A stretch of 64,000 nucleotides of DNA, taken from Pachysolen tannophilus NRRL Y-2460 (Eukaryota). The translations under genes and the position numbers were made by a program. The stretch spans positions 227,868 to 291,867 of the forward strand of contig KV454016.1 in assembly GCA_001661245.1 (NCBI GenBank). The letters run 5' to 3'. Numbering within the stretch: position 1 is the first letter of the stretch; every line of letters starts with the position of its first letter. The notes beneath the pieces are model-generated. The model saw nothing but the letters and a program-made list of their open reading frames with translations. It had not been told where the DNA came from and ran no database searches. Of the stretch, positions 12,237 to 22,788 are shown piece after piece.

Positions 12237-12782
12237 CTATTACTGGTTATACAGATTTTATATATAACTTATAATAAAAATATAATAAAATATAATAATA
12301 ATAATAATTAATATTGTATATAAATTTTTAGTGAAAAACTTTGAAAACTTTTGACATGGCAAAAGAAAGAGAAAAAAATTTTAAGTGAAAATTGATTGTG
12401 TGTAAAAATGGCAGATTTTTACCTAATAAAAAAAAGCCTATAAATTTTTTTGGAAAACATAGTGGTAGTGTACCGAACACACACAAAAAAAGAACGTGTA
12501 TAAAACGGATTAACTGCAGTATAATGGGTTAGGCAAAAAAATATATAAAGAAAAAATTAAAAAACTCCAGGGCCTCGATTTACACATGAAACCAAGTACT
12601 TATGCGTATTTAAAAGAACGCCAGTCACACATTTCTTTTTTCCTTCCTTCCAAAAAAGGAAACATGCCCCGAATCATTACAAATTGAGATTCAAGTCCAC
12701 GACTAGAGGAATAATGAAAAAACAACCCCAATTCTAATTAAAATTAATTTTTTTATCACTTCAGCCCTAGTACTGTTTTCTG

Positions 12783-12789
12783 CCAATCA
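12783..12789 (+). promoter_or_regulatory. CCAATCA, candidate Hap2/3/4/5 site upstream of COX4
   Basis: Consensus CCAAT box ahead of a respiratory gene; the motif is short, so support is weak. Confidence 0.4.
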
Positions 12790-13084
12790 CATTTAGTAAA
12801 AATGTTTTTGGTTAATCACAGCGAAAAAAATAAAAAAAAAGAAACCAGAAAACAAAAGTAAAGAAAGAAATAAAGAAAGAAACGAGAAGAAATCTGCGTG
12901 AGAGAGACTTTTTTGGGTGGTAATTTTAATTATATGGTGAGATTTTTTTTTTAATTTTTTATTATTATTAAAAATATAATATATATATATATATATTTAT
13001 AATTAGTTTTTTGATATTTTATCTTGGATAAGTCAATAGATTGATTGAGATTATTGATATATATAGAATTTAAATAAAGAAAAA

Positions 13085-13129
13085 GTATGTGTGGATAAAT
13101 AGATGGGAATAATTTTATAACCTCTTTAC

Positions 13130-13169
<40 letters not shown>

Positions 13170-13284
13170 GTGATTTTTGTTTGAGGTACTATTGTTATAA
13201 ACAATATGTAGTTTAAGTGTATTATAAGATTTTACTAACAATTGAAAATGGGTTTTCTTTTCTTTTTCTCTTTTTTTTATTTAG
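13085..13284 (+). other. 5'-UTR intron of COX4
   Basis: GTATGT at 13085, TACTAAC at 13233 and TAG at 13282-13284, two nt before the ATG. S. cerevisiae COX4 also has a 5'-UTR intron. Confidence 0.85.
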
Positions 13285-13286
13285 AA

Positions 13287-13751
13287 ATGTTCAGATCATC
13301 ATTAAGATTAGTTCGTCCAACACAGAGATTATTCTCTACTTCGATTTTGCTCAGACATGAATCTAAACCTGTTTTCAAAACTGCACAAGATTTATCACAA
13401 GTTGTTGACAAGTCCAATTTGATTGGTCCTGGTGCTAAAGAAGGAGCAGTTCCAACTGATTTGGAACAAGCAACAGGGTTGGAAAGATTTGAATTATTAG
13501 GTAAATTAGAAGGTATTGAAGTTTTCGATAATACCCCATTGGATGCTTCAAGAACAGGTACTATGGCCGATCCAATTGTTGTTGATTCTTATGATGATTA
13601 TAGATATGTTGGTTGTACCGGTTCACCAGCTGATTCTCATATCATGCAATGGTTAAAACCAACAAAGACAAAAGTTGCTAGATGTTGGGAATGTGGTTCC
13701 GTCTACAAATTAAACTACATTGGTAACCCGGATTTAGAACACCATCATTAA
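13287..13751 (+). CDS. COX4: Cytochrome c oxidase subunit IV (mammalian Vb), zinc-binding
   Basis: Motifs LIGPGAKEGAVPTDLEQATGLERFELLGKLEG, RYVGCTGSPADSH and RCWECGSVYKL; ATG at 13287. Confidence 0.96.
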   Translation: MFRSSLRLVRPTQRLFSTSILLRHESKPVFKTAQDLSQVVDKSNLIGPGAKEGAVPTDLEQATGLERFELLGKLEGIEVFDNTPLDASRTGTMADPIVVDSYDDYRYVGCTGSPADSHIMQWLKPTKTKVARCWECGSVYKLNYIGNPDLEHHH

Positions 13752-14110
13752 ACTAATTTTTTTGCCTTTTCTTTCCTTTCCTTTCAAATATACATCATAA
13801 ACTAATAACTTGTTATTCCATCCAACCCCCAAAAACCCCTTAATTTATTATTATTTTTCTTTTTTTTTTTTTTTTTTTTTAAAAATCATATTTCTTTCCT
13901 TTTCCCCTTTTTTTTTCTCTTTTTTTTTATCCAATTATTATTATTATTATCATTAGTATTATTATTATTATTGGACTTGTCCCTTATTTGATGTCACAAC
14001 CAAAAACAATATATATTTAAAATGTATATAAAAAAATTTCCTTTGTTATATATGTAGAATTAAAAAAAAACAAAACAAAACAAAACAAAACACAATTTTT
14101 TTTAAAAAAA

Positions 14111-15247
14111 ATGTCAATAACAAAGCCAAAAGTTTTATTTCTTGGTGATTTAAATGAAGATTTGATTGAGTATAAAGAATTTAAACAAAAATTTGATTGT
14201 ATTGTAAGTAATAATAATTAATTTTTAGTTAAGTTATTATATTAATTAAATAAACTAACTTTTCATTAGTTCACAACTTTGACTACTCGTGAACAACTTG
14301 TTAAAGATTTTCAAACAAAATATTCAAATATTCAAGCAATTTATGGTTCTTGGTTAGGTTTCCATTTAATTGGTGGGTTTAATAAAGAATTAATTGAAAA
14401 TGCTCCATTAAATTTAAAAATAATTACTGTTTGTTCTGTTGGTTATGATGGTTATGATATTGAATCAATGACAAATAAAGGTATTATCTTAACAAATACT
14501 CCTTCAATTGGTGCTGATCATGTAGCTGATACTGTATTATATTTTACATTATCAAGTTTTAGATTTTTCCAAAATTTTCAAAATGAATTAAAATTTACTA
14601 AAAATACAATTAAATCAAGAATTAAATTACAACAAAATAATCATTTAAATGAAAATAATTATGCTTTTGGTCATATTATTAATAAAAATTTTAAAATAAA
14701 TTCACCAAAAGATAAAAATGTTATAATTGTTGGTTTTGGTAATATTGGAATTAAAATTGCTAAAAGATTATTTAGTATTGGAATGAAAATTAATTATGTG
14801 AAAAGAAATAAACTTTCAAAATTACAAGAATTAAATTTAGGATTCCCAGTTAATTTTTTCCCTAATTTAAAAGAAGCAGCTCCAATTGCAGATTTAATAA
14901 TTTTAGCATTACCTGGTTCACCAGAAACAAGACATATGCTTAATAAAAATATAATAGATTTATTACCAACTAATAGTAGAATAATTAATGTTGGAAGAGG
15001 ATCAATTATTAATGAAAAAGATCTTATAGAAGCTTTAGAAAATGGGAAAATTTCATTTGCAGGATTAGACGTTTTCGAAAATGAACCACAAGTTCCTCAA
15101 CTGTTATTAAATAAAGAAAATGTAATATGTACTCCACATATTGCAGGTTCAACTGTAGAAAATTTTGATGAATCCGCTATTTATTGTTTAAAAAATATTG
15201 AAAATGTATTATTACAAGGTAAAAATCCTTCTTCTAAAGTTAATTAA
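14111..15247 (+). CDS. D-isomer 2-hydroxyacid dehydrogenase (glyoxylate reductase/YGL185C-like), paralogue 1; exons 14111-14203 and 14270-15247
   Basis: Motifs SVGYDGYD, GFGNIG, NVGRG, GLDVFENEP and TPHIAGST. The 66-nt intron (GTAAGT, AACTAAC, TAG) keeps frame and adds the N-terminal MSITKPKVLFLG. Confidence 0.9.
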
Positions 15248-15644
15248 TTAATTGAATATATTTTTTTATACTATATTATATATAATTAGTTAGTTAGTTT
15301 AATAATTGATTTATCAATTACTTTTATCATCATGTTATTTTTTAATTTGGTGATGATAATAAACTGGTTTAAACCAAGAAACCAATTCAAGAAGAAATCA
15401 TAAATGGATCTCTCAATTTCTCAAGCTTTTCAAGATTTGATAAATTTGATAAATTTGATAAATTTTTCAACTCAGCTTCTATAGATGAACTTGATCAATA
15501 TGTATTAAACCTCAAGTGGTGTAAATAATGTGAAAAGGATATAAAACGTTTTTTTTTATTTTTATTTTTTAATTTTTTTATTTATTTATTATATAAGTTA
15601 TAAAACCTTTTTTTTTTTCCCTTTTAAATGAGAAGAATGTTTGA

Positions 15645-17183
15645 ATGCTTCTCCAAGCAAAGATAATGCTGAGATTAAAAGTAAGAGGAACTAAGAAACC
15701 AATTAAATTTTTCAATTCATTTTTTGTGTTATCATGGAAAAAATTAAGACAAATTATTCTTGCTATTTGTTTATTATTAATGATAAGGTATCTTTATTCA
15801 TCAAGAGATGATAGTTTAAAACCTTTAACATTACCTAATTTTGAATCAAAGACATCAGTCATATATGATAAGAGTTCAATAAAATATATACCGCAAGAAG
15901 TTATTGAACATCTTTATAATGAAGTAATTGAGAATTCACTGGGTTTGAATTGGTCAAAGTATGCATATGTTCAATATGCTACATCAATAGATTACATGTG
16001 CAGTGCTTTAATAAATTTTGCTAAATTAAGAAGATTTAATACAAGAGCACAATTAGTATTATTATACAATGAATATTATAAATATGATAAAAAATTAGAA
16101 ACTCAAAAATCAAGAGAAGCTCAATTATTAGATAAATTTGCTAAAATATATAATGTTATACTTCGGCCTATAAGATTATTAAAATTTAAAAGTGAATCAA
16201 GTACTTGGGATACAAGTTTTACAAAATTTCAAATTTTTAAATTATTAGAATTTGATCGTATAATTTATTTTGATAGTGATTCTAAAATTGTTAATGGAAA
16301 TATGGATGAATTATTTTTTTTACCAGATGTTAAAGTTGCAATGCCAATATCTTATCATTTGGCTAGTCATTTTTATAATGAAAAAAATTTAGATGTACCT
16401 CAAAATTTTAAAGTCTTATCAAGAGAAGCAAAGGAAAATTTTAATAGAGACATTTATACTTCATTGAATGATAAAAAAAACAGTGGTCAATTTTCTATTT
16501 ATGATTATTCGCTGTTAATATATAATAATTTACCAAATATTTCAGAACATCAAGGTTTTATATGGTCAGATCATATAATGGTAATAAAACCTTCTGTGGA
16601 AATTTATAAAAGATTAATGAGATTAACAAAGGCAAAATCTAAAGATGAATATGATATGGATATTATTAATAAACTTTTCCAAATTGATAACATATTATCT
16701 AGGGATCATAATAAAGACTATATTCCTGATGCATTAGTGATTCCACACTTAAATTATGGTGTGTTAACAGGAGATTTAAGATCTGAAAATCATGATGTAC
16801 TTCTTGCAGAACCACAAGATTTACCCTATGTATCATCCTCAATTTTTCAAAAACGTATTTATGAAGACCCAGATTCGACTCCATATTTTGCTACAGATTT
16901 AAATTGGTCAGCATATGATTTTATGCTGAAAGTAAGATATATTCATTTTTCAGATCATCCAGTTCCAAAACCATGGAGAAAACAGTATTTAGAAGATAAA
17001 GTATATATAAAAGAAAAAATTTTATGTGCAGATGATACAAAGAGACTTAGCATCTATGAACATCTTCCAGATGATGCAAAACCTAGAATTGTTACAGATT
17101 GTGATAGCGCTGAAATTTGGAATAGTCTATATGAAGAATATGAAGAAGATAGATATGATATATGTGGATTGGAACTAAGATAA
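15645..17183 (+). CDS. GNT1: Glycosyltransferase family 8, Gnt1-like N-acetylglucosaminyltransferase (type II membrane protein)
   Basis: N-terminal transmembrane anchor; motifs YAYVQYAT...C.A.INF, SFTKFQIF...FDRIIYFDSDS (DxD), EYDMDIIN and YIHFSDHPVPKPW. Confidence 0.8.
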   Translation: MLLQAKIMLRLKVRGTKKPIKFFNSFFVLSWKKLRQIILAICLLLMIRYLYSSRDDSLKPLTLPNFESKTSVIYDKSSIKYIPQEVIEHLYNEVIENSLGLNWSKYAYVQYATSIDYMCSALINFAKLRRFNTRAQLVLLYNEYYKYDKKLETQKSREAQLLDKFAKIYNVILRPIRLLKFKSESSTWDTSFTKFQIFKLLEFDRIIYFDSDSKIVNGNMDELFFLPDVKVAMPISYHLASHFYNEKNLDVPQNFKVLSREAKENFNRDIYTSLNDKKNSGQFSIYDYSLLIYNNLPNISEHQGFIWSDHIMVIKPSVEIYKRLMRLTKAKSKDEYDMDIINKLFQIDNILSRDHNKDYIPDALVIPHLNYGVLTGDLRSENHDVLLAEPQDLPYVSSSIFQKRIYEDPDSTPYFATDLNWSAYDFMLKVRYIHFSDHPVPKPWRKQYLEDKVYIKEKILCADDTKRLSIYEHLPDDAKPRIVTDCDSAEIWNSLYEEYEEDRYDICGLELR

Positions 17184-17337
17184 ATAAAAAAATTTATTAA
17201 TAAAAAAATTATTGTCTTTCATCCATACATCCACCCACACACACACACATACATACATATATATATAAATAAATAAACAAACAAACAAACAAACATAAAA
17301 TCAGATAGAATCAATTTACTAAACTTAGATTATTTGG

Positions 17338-18444
17338 TTAGTTAACGGCTGTTAATCCATTACCACCTTCGAGTAAGACGTTGATAATGTTATCCTGACA
17401 GTTTTTGGCACTAAGCATTTCATTATCAATGGTTGAAGAACCACTATGTGGAGTAACACTAACGTCCAACCTTTTCAATAAGTTTTCACTAACTCTTGGT
17501 TCATCTTCAAAGACATCCAAACCTGCGAATGAAACCTGACCACTTTTCAATGCTTCTATTAAGTCATTTTCATTTATACATTTACCTCTTCCAACATTAA
17601 CAATTTTAATTCCTTTTTTGCATTTATAAATTGTTTCTTTATTCAAAAGATAATGAGTATCTGGGGCCAAGGGAACACAAAAGATTAAAATGTCAACAAT
17701 TGGTAGTAACTCTTCAAAAGTTGCATGATATACTAAAGATGTAACTCCTATGGAGTTAAACTCTTCATCTGTTAATTTATTTCTCTTGCAATAATGTACT
17801 TGCATTCCAATAACATTCAATCTCTTGGCCAATTCTTGACCAATTCCTCCCAATCCCACAATACCAGCAATTCTTCCTTTAGGTGATCTTACATCTCTAC
17901 CACCAATTCTTGAACCTAAACTGAAAGGAATATTAAAATCTTGTTCTATTGGGCACCCAGTCTCAGGATCAAAAATTTCAGATGTCAAATTAATCTTTGT
18001 TTCAAGTGTATTTTTAAATTTTCTAAGTGAACTATCTAATGCACTGTAGAACCTAAAAGCATTCAAAACATGATATAATGCTGTATCTGCTACTTGGCCA
18101 GAAGCTAAAGCAGGAGTATTTGTAAGTATTATAGATCTTTTCTTTAACTCGGATAAATCATGTCTATCCACACCAATTGAAGGTAAAGCAATAATTTTTA
18201 AAGATTTCGGAAAATAATCCAAAGTATCTGAGTTTAAAGGAAACGAACCATCATATCTAGACATCAATCCACCATGACCAACCCAAATAGCACTAATATC
18301 ATGAAATTCTTTTTGCAAAGCATCAATAAAAGACTCTTTCTTCAAATACAAATAAGTCACAACTTCAAACTTTTCACAAAATTCTTTAAAATTATCCGAT
18401 TCACTAAAGACTTTACCTATAATCAAAACTTTTGGTTTAGACAT
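17338..18444 (-). CDS. D-isomer 2-hydroxyacid dehydrogenase, paralogue 2
   Basis: Motifs SPKGRIAGIVGLGGIG, NVGRG, GLDVFEDEP and TPHSGSST. Confidence 0.92.
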   Translation of the reverse strand: MSKPKVLIIGKVFSESDNFKEFCEKFEVVTYLYLKKESFIDALQKEFHDISAIWVGHGGLMSRYDGSFPLNSDTLDYFPKSLKIIALPSIGVDRHDLSELKKRSIILTNTPALASGQVADTALYHVLNAFRFYSALDSSLRKFKNTLETKINLTSEIFDPETGCPIEQDFNIPFSLGSRIGGRDVRSPKGRIAGIVGLGGIGQELAKRLNVIGMQVHYCKRNKLTDEEFNSIGVTSLVYHATFEELLPIVDILIFCVPLAPDTHYLLNKETIYKCKKGIKIVNVGRGKCINENDLIEALKSGQVSFAGLDVFEDEPRVSENLLKRLDVSVTPHSGSSTIDNEMLSAKNCQDNIINVLLEGGNGLTAVN

Positions 18445-19222
18445 TCTTCCGCTATAAACCTTTTTTTTATTTTTATTTTTTTTTTAACCAAAAACCAGTT
18501 AATTCTTATCATTTAGCTGAACAACAAATAAATATATCATTTCGTATCGCTATCGGTCTCTGTTACTCTCTCTTTCACCTGTCTACTTTTCGGAATAGAG
18601 TTCTGCACTTTTCCATCAGCAATTTTCCTTCAATAACCGGGCGGCAATTTCCAGTTCTCAGCCCCTCCAGGAGAACGGATTACCTGGGCGGCTACCTGAA
18701 CGGCTCTCCTGGGCTTCCCGGGCTGGCTTCTTTCCTGCCCTGCTCCATACCTGCCTGCTTGGCAAGGATGTCTGCCTGGAAGATATGGCCGCGGAGCGGC
18801 CGCAACACAGCTGCTTCGGGTGAGTCTCTATTTGGGGGAACAGTTTTATGGGGGAAAGCTTTATGGGGAGCAGCGTTACGAGACGGCATGGAGCGGCAGA
18901 TTCACGTTCAGTTTTCAACAGGTTCAACAGGTTCAACAGATTCAGGCTCAGGCTAAACGGGGCAAAAATGTCTGCAAAACGTTTAGCTACTGCCGAAAAA
19001 GAGATCGTCTTCCCAACGTGTATGTATGTACGGCAAATGGAGGAAATTGCGTTTTTAGCCGTTCGGAAATTGTTGATTCACATAGCGATAACGAAGAAAA
19101 GTAGTAGTAGCAGCAGCAGCAGCATAATTGAATATATATATATATATATATGGGTCCATGGTACCATCATTTATTTTGATTTAGTTGAAATTTGCAAATT
19201 TTTCATTATAGTAAGAAAGAAG

Positions 19223-20323
19223 ATGACAAAATTTAAAGTATTAATTACTGGTGATAACGCTGAAGTTGCAGAACATACTGAAAAATTCAAAAAATTTGAA
19301 GAATCTTTTGAAGTTGTTAGAGATCATGTTGAATCGAAGGAAGAATTTATTGAAAACTTGCAAACGTTACATTCTGATGTAGCTGCTATTTGGATGGCGG
19401 ATTCAAAGTTGTATCAATATGGTGGACCAAATGCTTTTATTGATTATTTCCCACCTTCGGTAAAATTGTTTTGTTTCCCATGGGTTGGTTATGATTCAAT
19501 AGATGGTCCAAAATTAAGATCAAAAGGTATTTCTTTATGTAATGTTGGTTCTGCCTCTGCTTCTCATGTTGCTGATATTGCATTATATTTAACCTTGTCG
19601 GCTTTTAGATTCACATCTTTTTTTGAACATTCTTTAAGAACTCATGGTGAATTTGGACCTTCTCGTGTTGTATTAGGAAGTGAAGAATTTCACCCAGAAA
19701 CTGGGTTACCAGTTATTCCAAAGAAAAAAGTTAATTTAACTCGTGGTGTTAGATTAGGTGGTAAAGTTATAGAATCTCCTGGAGGGAAAACTGCTGGAAT
19801 TGTGGGCTTAGGGTCCATAGGTAAAGAAATAGCTAAAAGATTACAAGCTTTAGGTATGAATGTATTGTATAATAAGAGAACTCCTTTAATTTTAAAAGAA
19901 AAAGAAGAAGAATTTTATCGTCCATTAAAATATTATCAAAAATTTGATGAAATGATTCCAAATTGTGATTTAATTGTCTTTGCAGTTCCTGGTTCCCCAG
20001 AAACTAAACATTTAATTAATAAAGATTCGATTTTAAAAGTTAAAAAAGGTGTGAGAATAGTGAATATTGGTAGAGGTTCTGCAATTGATGAAGAAGTATT
20101 ATTCAAAGCTTTGGATGATGGAACTATTACTAGTGTAGGACTAGATGTTTTCCAAAATGAACCAAAAATTGATAAAAGATTTTTAAACCGTTGGGATGTT
20201 ACCATAACACCTCATATGGGATCCACAACTACTGATAATTTAATCGATGCTAATAATGCATGCATTGATAATATCAACGATGTCTTACTAAATAATGGAC
20301 CAGGCATCAGCTTGGTTAATTAG
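19223..20323 (+). CDS. D-isomer 2-hydroxyacid dehydrogenase, paralogue 3
   Basis: The start MTKFKVLITG aligns with the paralogue N-termini; motifs GLGSIG, NIGRG, GLDVFQNEP and TPHMGST. Confidence 0.92.
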   Translation: MTKFKVLITGDNAEVAEHTEKFKKFEESFEVVRDHVESKEEFIENLQTLHSDVAAIWMADSKLYQYGGPNAFIDYFPPSVKLFCFPWVGYDSIDGPKLRSKGISLCNVGSASASHVADIALYLTLSAFRFTSFFEHSLRTHGEFGPSRVVLGSEEFHPETGLPVIPKKKVNLTRGVRLGGKVIESPGGKTAGIVGLGSIGKEIAKRLQALGMNVLYNKRTPLILKEKEEEFYRPLKYYQKFDEMIPNCDLIVFAVPGSPETKHLINKDSILKVKKGVRIVNIGRGSAIDEEVLFKALDDGTITSVGLDVFQNEPKIDKRFLNRWDVTITPHMGSTTTDNLIDANNACIDNINDVLLNNGPGISLVN

Positions 20324-20412
20324 GAAAATTGTAAATCAGCTTTATGCTATTCAATTCATAATGTGCTACTCAATAAAATATTCGGTAATAAATAAATAAA
20401 TAAAATAAATAA

Positions 20413-20447
<35 letters not shown>

Positions 20448-20468
20448 ATAGACTTTTCTTTTCAAAGC

Positions 20469-21194
20469 CTATAAATCTTCTCTAGTGAATTTTCTAACAT
20501 CAAAAGGTTCTTTAGATATTAATACTTTTTGACCAGAAATAGGTTCACAACTTTTTCTTCCACTTACTGGACCTTTTTCAGTTTGTTTACCACTTTTAAG
20601 ATCATTTAATAACTTAACAACTTTCTCAGAATCCAAATCCTCATAATAATCATCATTAACACTCATCATTGGTCCATTGACACAGGCACCAAGACATTCA
20701 ACCTCTTGTAAAGTAAAGATCCCATCTTTAGTAGTTTCACCAGATTTAATTTCCAAGTGATCCGAGATGGATTTCATAACACTATTAGAACCACATAGTT
20801 GACAAGGTGTTGTAGTACAAACTTGTAAATGATATTTTCCAACTGGTTTCCTATTATACATGGTATAAAAAGTAGCAACCTCATAAACTCTCATTGGAGG
20901 CATATCTAAATATTTAGCAACATAGTTCATAACACTTATAGAAGTAAAACCCAGCTGTCTTTGACCTAAATCTAATAATGGCATAACCGCTGCTTTCTTA
21001 TATTGAGGTGGATAACGTCCTAAAATCTCTTTAGCCTTTACCAAATTTTGTTCATTGAATTCAAATGAAACATTTGGATTATTGACTTTAGTATCCCTAT
21101 GAACCGCAATAATATGACTGAAACGTTTATTAATAAAATTACCAAACAAGACAAAAGGCGTTTTGTTGGAAATTGATTTACAAGAAAACACCAT
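20469..21194 (-). CDS. Respiratory complex I 24-kDa subunit (NDUFV2/NUHM)
   Basis: Motifs [20 protein letters not shown] and [13 protein letters not shown], with 2Fe-2S cysteines in CTTTPC and ECLGACVN; first ATG at 21194. Confidence 0.95.
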   Translation of the reverse strand: MVFSCKSISNKTPFVLFGNFINKRFSHIIAVHRDTKVNNPNVSFEFNEQNLVKAKEILGRYPPQYKKAAVMPLLDLGQRQLGFTSISVMNYVAKYLDMPPMRVYEVATFYTMYNRKPVGKYHLQVCTTTPCQLCGSNSVMKSISDHLEIKSGETTKDGIFTLQEVECLGACVNGPMMSVNDDYYEDLDSEKVVKLLNDLKSGKQTEKGPVSGRKSCEPISGQKVLISKEPFDVRKFTREDL

Positions 21195-21455
21195 TGCACC
21201 ACTTCTTGACTCAAAACAATCAAAATAATTAATAACTCTCAATTTATTTCAAGAAATAAATTAAACATTATCATAAGTTATTTTGGTGGGGGTTTTTTTT
21301 TAATAAAAAAATCCTCACCTAAAACAGATTTTTGGTTACTGTTTACTGGCACTACAACAACACCTTTACTATTAAAATATATATTATATTATATTATATT
21401 ATATAGCGCTATATTTGAATTAGTCAAGAGAGTCTTAAGAGTCAATCATCAATCA

Positions 21456-22055
21456 TCAATTATCAAACTTGGTAATGGCCCAAATAGCACCATTTCTAGC
21501 CAAAGTATTTGATTTGTTACTAGCAAAATTTCTAGACTCTATTGAAATTTTGTTAAAATATAATTTACGCCAACCTCTTTTTTCATAAACAGCATTTATT
21601 ACATTTAATTTTGTCAAGATGGATCTAATTAATCTTTGATTAAGAACTGGATTACCTTTGGCATTGATGTAACCATTAATTTCCCATTGTTTATACCATC
21701 TTGTTAAACAACCTATAACATAAGATGATTCTGTATTTATTGCATATTTTTTATTAGAACTATATTTCCCGTATAGATCATCAATTATATTTTCTAAAGC
21801 TTTTGAAACTGCTAACAACTCTGCTCGTTGAATAGTAATACGTTGATGATATGGATTCATAAAATAATATCTTGATCTAGGATCTAAATTTCTTTCTGCA
21901 TATAATATAGAATAACCACCAAATACCTTTAAGTCTTGGTTCATATTAGCATGAGCCATTTTCTCCAAAGTGGCTCCATTTACGTAAATGTTGATTTTTT
22001 GATATGAAAATTTTTTGTTGTTGGTACCATCATTAATAGAGTCAATGACTAGCAT
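21456..22055 (-). CDS. RNase H1-like domain protein with a degenerate active site
   Basis: RNase H1-type motifs IYVNG, TIQRAELLAV..AL, INTESSYVI..LTRWY.QW..NGY..AKG.PV.N..LI and NTLARNGA. Confidence 0.8.
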   Translation of the reverse strand: MLVIDSINDGTNNKKFSYQKINIYVNGATLEKMAHANMNQDLKVFGGYSILYAERNLDPRSRYYFMNPYHQRITIQRAELLAVSKALENIIDDLYGKYSSNKKYAINTESSYVIGCLTRWYKQWEINGYINAKGNPVLNQRLIRSILTKLNVINAVYEKRGWRKLYFNKISIESRNFASNKSNTLARNGAIWAITKFDN

Positions 22056-22788
22056 TTTACCCTTTCAAAATTATAGATAAGATAGATAATTATCAAACTT
22101 ATCTTAGATAACTTAACAACTTTTTTTCAAATCAACCCAACAATTAAAAGTTTCCAATTGACAATTATACACATCAATTAATTCACATAAAATCACAATT
22201 TTTATGACTATAACTAAAAAACTCTACAATTTTGATAATATTTGATTATAATAAATCATCTTTGTCTACTAAAGAGATGGTAATCCGTTATCATATTCTT
22301 TTCTTCCCTTCCCTTGTCTTGCCTTTACCTGATTAGGTGTTTTTAGAGCAATTATACACTATGGCTAGATAAGAAGTTGATTTATAAATCAATCAACTAA
22401 CTAACTAACTAACTAATTGTCTTGATATTTCAAACTTGATGGGGTTTTTTCCATCAATTTAATTGAATTAATAGGATATCATCAACTAGTGATAACTACA
22501 AAGTTGATTATACTTGATCTTTTTTGGCTACCGCTCCGCTCAGCTACCCGTTCAGCTACCCGCCTGATTGCACCGCCGGAATTGCACCGCGTTCACCGCT
22601 TGCACTGTTGCTAGCTCCGACTTTTTCAATTTTTTTTTTTTTTTCATTTTTTTGGCGGCGGCCAGATAAAAAAACATATTTTTCGGCGGTGATTTTAAAA
22701 ATGACTCTTATTTTATCTTTCTTTTAATATTAATTCCATCAAGGTATAGATAGGTAGAATTGGAATCATATTATAGAATTTATTGAGA

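Noticed and set aside
21456..22055. RNase H as a retrotransposon remnant
   Set aside because: No RT, integrase, gag or LTR nearby; the ORF has its own ATG and stop and resembles cellular RNase H1.
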